Positions 19,279-27,097 of a stretch of DNA of 64,000 nucleotides are shown here, one piece after another. A model generated the notes under the pieces. It did not search any database. It worked only from the letters and a program-made list of their open reading frames with translations, and was not told the DNA's origin. This DNA comes from Bacteroidales bacterium (GTDB lineage: Bacteria > Bacteroidota > Bacteroidia > Bacteroidales > GCA-2748055): assembly GCA_029938715.1 (NCBI GenBank), contig JAOZUK010000008.1, positions 5,511 to 69,510 of the forward strand, written 5' to 3'. The first letter of the stretch is position 1; each line of letters begins with the position of its first letter. The position numbers were made by a program, and so were the translations under genes.

Positions 19279-21084
19279 CTATCCTCCTATATTTATTGTT
19301 TTCAGATCGTGGCCTGCGGTCTTACTACTAAGTTTAAGCGTGATCTTTCCTGGTTTTTCCATATGTATAATCAGCGTTGTTTTAACTCTCGATTTTCCAG
19401 CAACACGGCCGATGGGAGTTCTATCATATCCTGAGATAAATTCCACCTGCTCCCCTTCAAGAGAAAGAACTGCTGGAGCAGGTTGTCTGTTTCTGCTACC
19501 CATATCCGTAGGGAAAGGAATAAATGCACGGTTTTCGATCCAGATATCCAGTTGATATACTCCATTTCCGTTGGAGGTGGTTTTAATCTCATAGATGTGC
19601 AGGTCGGGTAACTCTTTAGCCAGTTTCAGAATCCATGGAACCTGGAGCTGCAAAAGAGAATCTGTCCACTCATAGGGCGGGGTGGTAGCCAGGTAAGGTA
19701 CAAATCCACCAATCTCCACAGCTCCCAGTGATGGGTGATCAAAAGGCTCCCACTCTACAAATCCCTTGTTTCCGGGCTTGCTGTCGGCATATGCCAGTAG
19801 TGCTTTATCTGATTCAGCAGAGGACTTTGGATCAGCTTCCGCAGTATCCTTTTCAATTCCCCAGAGATCCATACTAAATACCGGGACCCCCACCTGGAAG
19901 TATCCCCAGAGTTCAAATGAACCATCCTTTGCCGGATCAGGTCCGATCCTCTCGCTTATGACTCCCTGCTCCTTTAGAAAGGATTTGTAGGCTTTGGCAT
20001 ATTTCTCATAAAAAAGAAGATCTCCTGGTTGTGGATTTAATGCCGCACCCAATCCAAGATAGCCAGCGATCATTGCTTCATCCACATTCATCTGAGGGTT
20101 TTCGGCCTTAATTATATCAACCAGCTCTTTTAAGGTATAGATTTTTGTATGGTCCAGGTTAAATTGCCGGGTTTGCCTTTCTGATAGCTTGATCTTATTC
20201 AGGTCTGCCTCACCCTTCCTTCCTCCTACAGGTGGAGTGAAGCACCAGTTGGTTGAACCAAAGGAGACGATCATGGCTATATCGGGATGTTCAAAAACAA
20301 ATTTCATAACGGCATAGGATTCTGGTGCAGAACCAGGAAAGTTGCCCCCGCTTGCAGTATAGTGCTTAAATAGCTGTGGAAAGTTTATCCCCACATTGGT
20401 CCCACCAGGTCCATCTTCATTGTATTTCCCATCATTGTCTTCATCCGTGCCTTCTGTATATACTTTATAGATCCCCTGCTCCCCCTTTTTGGAATCGGCT
20501 TTCTGCATGAGCCTGGGATCTTCTTCAGATACAACCCATTCTCCATCGGGATGCCTTACACGCATTTTTGTAATCCAACCATCTCCGTTCAGATCATTCA
20601 CTCCATCTTCATCGGTCTGGTCATCTTTGTCATCGTTAGTGGGAAGGTCATTTCTGGTATCCTCGAAGAGTGGGTTTTGGAAAAAGCCTGCTGCGGCATC
20701 GGGATTCCCCAATGGCAGAATGTACCAGTTCAAGGAGTCGAAATAAGCCGATTCCGAGAGTATGGTTTCAGCCAGAAAAATGGCCCCTTCAGTGGTTAGA
20801 GGTCGGTCTCCCTCGAGATTGGCTCCCACAAAAACAGAAGGATTTGCTTCCTTTGCAGTTTTCGTTTTTTCCCCAATCCTAATGATCTGAACAGGTCTTT
20901 CACCTGGTGAGGTAGCAATGTTGTAGGAAGTAACCAAACCGGGATATTTACTCTCAAGTTGCTTTATCCAGCTGACCACTTGATCGGGTGATTTATAACC
21001 TGCCGACTGGGCCTGAGAAACTAATGGATAAACCAGGATTGATAGAGAAAGGAAAATTCTTAACAGGAAAAAAGATCTTTTCAT
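19279..21084 (-). CDS. M14-like paralogue lacking the zinc ligands (probable pseudopeptidase)
   Basis: Co-linear with its neighbour, including the Asp-rich loops. It reads NLEGDR where the neighbour has NIHGNE, and SFGSTN where the neighbour has AFHNAG. Has a signal peptide. Confidence 0.7.
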   Translation of the reverse strand: MKRSFFLLRIFLSLSILVYPLVSQAQSAGYKSPDQVVSWIKQLESKYPGLVTSYNIATSPGERPVQIIRIGEKTKTAKEANPSVFVGANLEGDRPLTTEGAIFLAETILSESAYFDSLNWYILPLGNPDAAAGFFQNPLFEDTRNDLPTNDDKDDQTDEDGVNDLNGDGWITKMRVRHPDGEWVVSEEDPRLMQKADSKKGEQGIYKVYTEGTDEDNDGKYNEDGPGGTNVGINFPQLFKHYTASGGNFPGSAPESYAVMKFVFEHPDIAMIVSFGSTNWCFTPPVGGRKGEADLNKIKLSERQTRQFNLDHTKIYTLKELVDIIKAENPQMNVDEAMIAGYLGLGAALNPQPGDLLFYEKYAKAYKSFLKEQGVISERIGPDPAKDGSFELWGYFQVGVPVFSMDLWGIEKDTAEADPKSSAESDKALLAYADSKPGNKGFVEWEPFDHPSLGAVEIGGFVPYLATTPPYEWTDSLLQLQVPWILKLAKELPDLHIYEIKTTSNGNGVYQLDIWIENRAFIPFPTDMGSRNRQPAPAVLSLEGEQVEFISGYDRTPIGRVAGKSRVKTTLIIHMEKPGKITLKLSSKTAGHDLKTINIGG

Positions 21085-21140
21085 TACATGGGATTTAAGC
21101 CGTTGAAGCTAGTGAAAAATGAAACAAAACCAGAACCGAT

Positions 21141-21827
21141 TTATCCAAATTCTGCAATGGACTTCAATGTGTCCATATTCGCTACCTGTATGGTCTTCCC
21201 GTAAATCTTGAGGATTCCGTCCCTGCGGAATTCGCTCAGTGTGCGGATCACATTCTCGGTGGTCATACCCACATACTCTGCCATCTCTTTTCTCGTAAGA
21301 GGTAAATCAAATTCCGACGATTGGTATATATCCTGTGAGAAATAGATCAGCAGGAAAGCCACCCTTCCCCGGAGGTGTTTCTTTCGAATCTCGAGCGAAT
21401 CAAGGATGATCTGGTCAGCCACCAGGCTCATCTGCCTTAAGAGATTGAGCGCAAGCTTCCCGTTCTCCAGAACTAATTTTTTTACCTCTGACATTTTGAT
21501 GTTGCAGGTCACCGAGTCCTCAAGTGCAGTCACAGAATAGTTATACGTGTTGTTGGAGAATACACTTAGCAAACTCACATAGTCAAATGGCTTGGCTATG
21601 GTGATTATTTGTTCCTTCCCACCAGAATCACTTCGGTATAATTTCACCAGTCCGCTTTTCAGGTAAACAAAGTCCTGAATTTGCATTCCCTCTTTAAGAA
21701 TGACTTCACCTGTGTTGAATTCCTTTTCTATTTTCGCTGAGCAAATGATATCCAGGTGATCATCGTCAAGGGTTTCAATGAAAAGCCCCTTTAATTCGCA
21801 AAGTTCACAACTGCAGCTGGGATCCAT
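21141..21827 (-). CDS. Crp/Fnr-family transcriptional regulator with an N-terminal Cys cluster
   Basis: cNMP-binding-like fold plus a C-terminal HTH (RKEMAEYVGMTTENVIRTLSEFRRDGIL). The N-terminus is MDPSCSCELCELKG...IIC. I prefer the ATG at 21827 over the TTG at 21836. Confidence 0.85.
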   Translation of the reverse strand: MDPSCSCELCELKGLFIETLDDDHLDIICSAKIEKEFNTGEVILKEGMQIQDFVYLKSGLVKLYRSDSGGKEQIITIAKPFDYVSLLSVFSNNTYNYSVTALEDSVTCNIKMSEVKKLVLENGKLALNLLRQMSLVADQIILDSLEIRKKHLRGRVAFLLIYFSQDIYQSSEFDLPLTRKEMAEYVGMTTENVIRTLSEFRRDGILKIYGKTIQVANMDTLKSIAEFG

Positions 21828-21841
21828 TTGTATCAATCTAA

Positions 21842-21894
21842 ATGTTGGTCAACATATCCTAAAATGATAGTTGTCATGTTATGATAATTATCAT
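21842..21894. promoter_or_regulatory. three inverted repeats in the divergent crp/sqr-like intergenic region (FNR-box-like)
   Basis: ATGTTG-GT-CAACAT at 21842-21855. ATGATAGTTGTCAT at 21864-21877. A perfect 14-bp palindrome ATGATAATTATCAT at 21881-21894, whose core TGAT-N4-ATCA matches the FNR consensus TTGAT-N4-ATCAA. Confidence 0.45.
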
Positions 21895-21928
21895 ATCGTT
21901 ATTAAAATCACACTGCTTAGATTGATGC

Positions 21929-21936
21929 TATGTTTG
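21929..21936 (+). promoter_or_regulatory. candidate -7 box (TATGTTTG) for the sulfur-relay operon
   Basis: TAnnTTTG match 62 nt upstream of the ATG at 21998. The palindromes sit roughly 35-70 nt upstream of it. Confidence 0.3.
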
Positions 21937-21997
21937 TAGCCCAACAACAGAAATATGTTTCGATAACGATTTGAATTCTAAAATAAACAGTAATAAT

Positions 21998-23236
21998 ATG
22001 AAAAACATTTTAATATTAGGGGGTGGTACAGCGGGTACTATGATGGCTAATAAGTTTTTTAAGGCTCTGGATCGTCAGGAGTGGCAAATTACCATTGTCG
22101 ACCAGCATAAATCCCATTACTATCAGCCTGGATTCCTTTTTATTCCTTTTGGGATCTACAATAAATCCGATGTGATTAAGCCCAAGGGTGATTTCTTCCC
22201 TTCAGGTGTTAAGGTAATTTACCAGGAGATTGACAAAATTAATGGAGAGGAGAACAGGGTATCTCTTATGGATGGCACCTCCCTGAAGTACGACTACCTG
22301 ATTATTGCTACAGGAACTCAGACCCGTCCTGATGAGACACCCGGGCTTCTGGGTAATGAGTGGAGAAAGAGTATTTTTGATTTTTACACCATCGAAGGAG
22401 CTGTGGCATTGCAGCAATTTTTCAAAACCTGGGAGGGTGGAAAACTGGTGATGTGTATAGCAGAATTGCCATTTAAGTGTCCGGTTGCACCCATAGAGTT
22501 TGTTTGTCTGGCCGAAGCCTACTTCACAGAGAAAGGGATCAGGGACAAAGTCGATATTACCTATGTAACCCCCCTGGCAGGAGCATTTACCAAACCCATT
22601 GCGACTAAAATGCTAAGCCAGCTTTTGGATGAGAAAAACATCAAGGTGGTTCCCGATTTCTATCTCGAGAGTGTGGACAATGAGAAGAAGGTGCTTAAAT
22701 CCTACGATGAGCTGGAGATACCTTTCGATGCGCTTACCATTGTGCCTTTGAATATGGGTTCAGAAATGATTGAGCGAAGCGGACTGGGTGATGATATGAA
22801 TTATGTGGAGACAGATAAGGAGACCCTTCAATCAAAAAAATTCGAAAATATTTTCGTTCTGGGTGATGCAGCTAATCTTCCTACTTCCAAAGCCGGTTCT
22901 GTAGCTCACTTTGCAGCGGAAATCCTTTTTGAGAATATGATGAATGCCTTCGAGAACAGGCCAATGACAGCTAAATTTGATGGACATGCCAACTGCTACA
23001 TTGAGACAGGTTACGGCAAAGGAGCGTTGATTGATTTTAATTACGATACAGAACCACTTCCAGGAACATTCCCACTTCCGGGAATAGGGCCTTTTGGACT
23101 TCTTAAGAATACCAAGATCAACCATTACGGAAAAATGATTTTCCGTTGGATTTACTGGCATATTCTTTTACGCGGCAAGGAGATGCCCATAGAAGCACAT
23201 ATGACCATGGCAGGAAAGAAAGAAACCATTGATTAA
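21998..23236 (+). CDS. FAD-dependent pyridine nucleotide-disulfide oxidoreductase, sulfide:quinone reductase / NDH-2-like
   Basis: Rossmann motif ILILGGGTAGT. PFKCPVAPIEF and GDAANLPTSKAGSVA resemble the SQR KC(A/P)GAP and GDCxNxPTSK motifs as I recall them. Confidence 0.7.
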   Translation: MKNILILGGGTAGTMMANKFFKALDRQEWQITIVDQHKSHYYQPGFLFIPFGIYNKSDVIKPKGDFFPSGVKVIYQEIDKINGEENRVSLMDGTSLKYDYLIIATGTQTRPDETPGLLGNEWRKSIFDFYTIEGAVALQQFFKTWEGGKLVMCIAELPFKCPVAPIEFVCLAEAYFTEKGIRDKVDITYVTPLAGAFTKPIATKMLSQLLDEKNIKVVPDFYLESVDNEKKVLKSYDELEIPFDALTIVPLNMGSEMIERSGLGDDMNYVETDKETLQSKKFENIFVLGDAANLPTSKAGSVAHFAAEILFENMMNAFENRPMTAKFDGHANCYIETGYGKGALIDFNYDTEPLPGTFPLPGIGPFGLLKNTKINHYGKMIFRWIYWHILLRGKEMPIEAHMTMAGKKETID

Positions 23237-23247
23237 CTGAACCCGAC

Positions 23248-23931
23248 ATGGCAGAAGATACTTCAAAACAAATTGCTGAGTTGAATCAGAAGGTCGATAT
23301 GATCCTCGAATACGTAAACCAGCAACGATTAAAATCCCAGGCGGTTGACGACCTGGTAGCCGATGCTTCGATCATCGGTAAGGATGTGTACGATTCTACG
23401 GTCAAAGCACTTGATGACCATGAGGTGGTATTGGATCCCGATCAATTGAGAGAACTTGGAATCAGGGTGGCTCAAAATGTGGGGAATTTTAATTCCATCC
23501 TTGACACACTTGGTAGTGCCATGGACTTGATGAAGGATGTGGGTCCCATTGCCAATGAGGTGATTATCGATACCACCAAAAAGCTTCATGAATTTGAGCA
23601 AAAAGGCTATTTCGAATTCCTTAGGGAATTTGGACAGATCATCGATAACATTGTAATCCATTATGGAGTTGAAGATGTTCGGATGTTGGCCGACAATGTG
23701 GTGGCCATGCTGGATGTGGTGAAAAATCTGACACAACCCGATATGCTTAAATCCATTGACAATGCAGTCAGAATATTCGCAAACCTCGAAATGGATGACA
23801 TTCCTGAATACTCCATATTCAAGGTGATGCGTGAAATGAATACACCGGAAATGAAGAGAACACTTGGATTCTTTATGACCTTTTTGAAAAATATGAGTAA
23901 AAATACTATTAATCAAGAACCTATAAATTAG
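23248..23931 (+). CDS. DUF1641-like helical protein
   Basis: 227 aa, all-helical, with a C-terminal PEMKRTLGFFMTFLKNM motif typical of DUF1641. As I recall, this family accompanies NDH-2/SQR-type flavoproteins. Confidence 0.65.
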   Translation: MAEDTSKQIAELNQKVDMILEYVNQQRLKSQAVDDLVADASIIGKDVYDSTVKALDDHEVVLDPDQLRELGIRVAQNVGNFNSILDTLGSAMDLMKDVGPIANEVIIDTTKKLHEFEQKGYFEFLREFGQIIDNIVIHYGVEDVRMLADNVVAMLDVVKNLTQPDMLKSIDNAVRIFANLEMDDIPEYSIFKVMREMNTPEMKRTLGFFMTFLKNMSKNTINQEPIN

Positions 23932-23937
23932 AAGATT

Positions 23938-24249
23938 ATGGCACAAGTAACATTAGCAGGACAAACTGTTGAAGTAAACGATGAAGGATACATGGTTGAT
24001 GCTTCCCAGTGGAACAAAGAGATTGCAGCTGAAATGGCAAAAGAGCAGGGGATTGAACTTTCTGATAAGCACTATGAAGTACTGGAATTCTTACGTAGTA
24101 CAAGTGAGAAGGGTGAAACGCTTACAATAAGGAAAGTTGGGAAATCGGGGATTGTAGATATCAAAGGATTATACCAATTGTTCCCGGGCGGACCTCTGAA
24201 ATATTCATCCAAATTTGCTGGTATTCCCAAGCCCGCAAGTTGTGTTTAA
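23938..24249 (+). CDS. TusE/DsrC-family sulfur carrier with a single C-terminal Cys
   Basis: 103 aa ending LFPGGPLKYSSKFAGIPKPASCV. The penultimate Cys of the family is present. The second DsrC Cys, normally about 10 residues upstream, is absent. Confidence 0.8.
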   Translation: MAQVTLAGQTVEVNDEGYMVDASQWNKEIAAEMAKEQGIELSDKHYEVLEFLRSTSEKGETLTIRKVGKSGIVDIKGLYQLFPGGPLKYSSKFAGIPKPASCV

Positions 24250-24268
24250 TACATAAAAACTAGAAACG

Positions 24269-24769
24269 ATGGCAAACACTGAAACACCGTTAAAAAAGGT
24301 ATGCATCATAGGTGCCAAGGGCACCATTGAAGATGTATATGCAACACTGGTAATGGCTAATGGAGCCGTAATGGAAGGTATTGAAACAAAAGTATTTTTT
24401 ACTTTCTTCGGGCTTGATGCAATTACCAAGAAGCAGATGAACAAGATCAAAACAGCAACTATCGGGAATCCAGCCATGAGAGCACCGGGTGGGTTACCAT
24501 TCCCCTCTATTCTTGGAATGCTTCCAGGTGTAGAAGCAGGAGTCTCAGCGATGATGATGAAATCTATGGAGAAACTGGATATTCCTCCGGTGGACGAGTT
24601 CCTTGAGATGATTACTGCTGGTGGTGGCGAGATCTATGCCTGTAAGTTGGCCATGGATATGTTCAAGCTTGAAAAGGAAGATTTGTGGGATGAGGTGAAA
24701 GATGTATTGACTATTGGAGAGTTCTATGCCATGTGCGGAGGTGAGAACACACAGATCATCTTTACGTAA
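24269..24769 (+). CDS. DsrE/DsrF-like (COG2044-type) sulfur-relay family protein
   Basis: 166 aa. KVCIIGAKG...FFTFFGLD ... GGEIYACKLAMDMF with a conserved Cys, which is the layout typical of DsrE-like proteins. Confidence 0.65.
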   Translation: MANTETPLKKVCIIGAKGTIEDVYATLVMANGAVMEGIETKVFFTFFGLDAITKKQMNKIKTATIGNPAMRAPGGLPFPSILGMLPGVEAGVSAMMMKSMEKLDIPPVDEFLEMITAGGGEIYACKLAMDMFKLEKEDLWDEVKDVLTIGEFYAMCGGENTQIIFT

Positions 24770-24874
24770 TATCCTTCGCGGATACGATATTGCTGCTAAA
24801 CCGCATGCCTTGCATCCTCCAGGCAGCTAACATCACATCCGCTCCGGATGATAAGATTGCACGCTGAATGTAAC

Positions 24875-24911
24875 GAAGAGGGGGGAGCTTTAAGAGGGCT
24901 GCCCCTTCTTC
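24875..24911 (+). terminator. GC-rich hairpin closing the sulfur operon; overlaps the stop of the convergent methyltransferase gene
   Basis: GAAGAGGGGGGAGC / GCTGCCCCTTCTTC stem (14 positions: 12 Watson-Crick, 1 G-T, 1 mismatch) with a 9-nt loop, followed by TTTTCCCC. Confidence 0.45.
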
Positions 24912-25471
24912 TTTTCCCCAATGTAGAGGATGGAGTCGCCATCCTCAAATTCTTTGTAGAATCTGATAAGCAAAGGATCAAATCGATCTTCAAAAAGGGT
25001 TCTGATACCTGCATCTGTATGATAATTAACAAACAGGTCGTTATAGATCTCAGAATCTTCCCCCCTCCAGAAGGTGTGACAAACAATACCGTCAGGATTT
25101 AAAATCTCGAACTGTCTTTTAATGGAGGCCTCCAGGGCTTCATCTTCAAGGTGATGTAACACTTTATTTGAATAGATCCCGTCAAAAGTACGATCTGTGT
25201 CCAGGGTGGAGGCATCCAGATCAGCGAACTCTCCATCGGGAAAGTATGCTTGCAAATGCTTCAGAAACTCCTTCGAGAAATCAGAACCAACCACATGGTA
25301 GGACTCACTTAAGATTTTCCAGTCCGTTCCTGGTCCTGACCCAATTTCAAGCAAATCGGAGCCGGCTGGCAGGAACTCTTTAAGCCTGATAATGTTTTGG
25401 TTGCCATCATGATCCCTGGCCAATTTGATATACTCCTCCACCGACTCTTTTGTATGGTAATATTTGTCCAT
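24890..25471 (-). CDS. class I SAM-dependent methyltransferase
   Basis: Motif I LLEIGSGPGTD, 193 aa. Confidence 0.8.
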   Translation of the reverse strand: MDKYYHTKESVEEYIKLARDHDGNQNIIRLKEFLPAGSDLLEIGSGPGTDWKILSESYHVVGSDFSKEFLKHLQAYFPDGEFADLDASTLDTDRTFDGIYSNKVLHHLEDEALEASIKRQFEILNPDGIVCHTFWRGEDSEIYNDLFVNYHTDAGIRTLFEDRFDPLLIRFYKEFEDGDSILYIGEKKKGQPS

Positions 25472-25490
25472 GGTATCTGCCTGAAAGATC

Positions 25491-26580
25491 TTATTGCCCC
25501 CCGAACTCCATCAGGAAAGCCTTGATAAATGGATCCAGATTCCCATCCAGCACAGACTGCACATTTCCTGTTTCCTGATTGGTACGCAGGTCCTTCACCA
25601 GTTTGTAGGGATGCAATACATAATTTCGGATTTGGGAACCCCATTCGATCTTCATCTTATTGCCTTCGATCTGTGCCTGCTTTTCCCTTTTCTTTTGTAA
25701 CTCGATCTCATAGAGGTGCGATTTCAGAATCCGCATGGCATTCTCCCGGTTCTTCAACTGTGAACGTGTTTCCGTATTGTCCACGGTAATTCCTGTGGGC
25801 AGGTGGCGAACCCTTACACCGGTTTCCACTTTATTTACATTTTGTCCCCCGGCTCCACCCGACCGGAAGGTATCCCATTCAATATCGGCGGGATTCACCA
25901 CAATTTCGATGGATTCGTCGATTACCGGGGTCACAAATACGGATGCAAAAGAGGTGTGCCGGCGATTGGCGGAGTCGAAAGGCGAAAGCCGAACCAGGCG
26001 ATGAACCCCGTTTTCGCTCTTTAGGAAACCGTACGCATAATCTCCTGTGAACTCCAGGGATACAGATTTTATTCCCGCTTCATCACCCTGAACCATATGC
26101 AGCTCCTTGACCTTATAGCTTTGCTTCTCCCCGTAACGAAGGTACATACGCATGAGCATCTCTGCCCAGTCCTGGCTCTCCGTTCCACCTGCCCCTGAAT
26201 TAATTTTCAGAATGGCCCCCAGACTATCCGCTTCATTGCGAAGCATATTTTTTGATTCCAGTTCTTCAGTGAGAGTCAGGGCGATGCTGAATTGGGCATT
26301 TACCTCCTCCTCAGTTGATTCTCCAGCCTCAAGAAATTCTGAAAGCACATTCAGGTCATCAATGGCAGTTTGAACTCCATCATAACCTTCAACCCAGCTC
26401 TTCAGTCGGGCGATCTTTTTTAATTGTTCTTCTGCAGATTTTGGATTATTCCAGAACTCAGGATCATGAGTTCGTTGTTCTTCCTCTTCAATTTGAATGG
26501 TTTTGCCATCCACGTCAAAGATGCCTCCTTAACGCATCCAGGCGCCTGTTCAGATCTTTGATCTGGTCGGTTGTAATCAT
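25491..26580 (-). CDS. prfB: peptide chain release factor 2, requires a programmed +1 frameshift at 26515-26520
   Basis: Frame-0 leader [21 protein letters not shown] ends at TGA. After a +1 shift the reading DVDGKTIQ... continues into the 340-aa ORF with SPF and GGQ motifs. The site is AGGAGG-CAT-CTT-TGA-C. Confidence 0.9.
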
Positions 26581-26614
26581 ATCAAGAAATATTTCATCAA
26601 AGATAGAAAAGAAA

Positions 26615-27097
26615 TCAATTCAGGAACCGATGGATCAGATCTGACTCAAAGCCCCTGCCGGCTGCGAACCTGAATAGCTTTCCCTTCCTGGTAAAATGAT
26701 TGGATTCATTTATTGTTGCGGATTTGGCTTTGATCAGGTTTTCACAGACCTGTTCATACTCTTCTTTATTGATCTCGGCAAGGGCCTCTTCAATAACTGA
26801 CTCATCTATCTTTTTCTGGCGCAGCATGGCAGTGATCTTTACCTTGCCCCAGCGATTTAATTTGAATTTGTCCTTTACAAAGAATCTTGCATACCTGTGG
26901 TCATCCAGGAACTTCTCCTCCTGCAGTTTCCGGATCACCATATGGGCCACATCTGTATCCACACCCCAGGTTCGTAGTTTATCCAGGATGGTTCCTGTGC
27001 AGTGTTCCTGTTTGCTGCAAAGAGCTGCTGCTCTCCTGAGTGCATCTTTATAGGATGAACTGTTATTTTCTTCCATTGACGAAACGTTCTTTTCCAT
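26615..27097 (-). CDS. recX: regulatory protein RecX
   Basis: Helical repeat protein with a family-typical YKDALRRAAALCSKQEHCTGTILDKLRTWGV. The start is uncertain (ATG at 27097 or 27076) and overlaps the prmC 3' end. Confidence 0.7.
   Translation of the reverse strand: MEKNVSSMEENNSSSYKDALRRAAALCSKQEHCTGTILDKLRTWGVDTDVAHMVIRKLQEEKFLDDHRYARFFVKDKFKLNRWGKVKITAMLRQKKIDESVIEEALAEINKEEYEQVCENLIKAKSATINESNHFTRKGKLFRFAAGRGFESDLIHRFLN

Noticed and set aside
23329-23946. 205-aa ORF on the minus strand covering the whole DUF1641 gene
   Set aside because: It is exactly antisense to a plus-strand ORF with a recognisable family signature and operon context. Its composition (H/I/F/N-rich, no motifs) is typical of a mirror-frame artefact.
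25309-25644. 111-aa minus-strand ORF bridging the methyltransferase and prfB genes
   Set aside because: It overlaps two well-supported genes in alternative frames and has no recognisable features.
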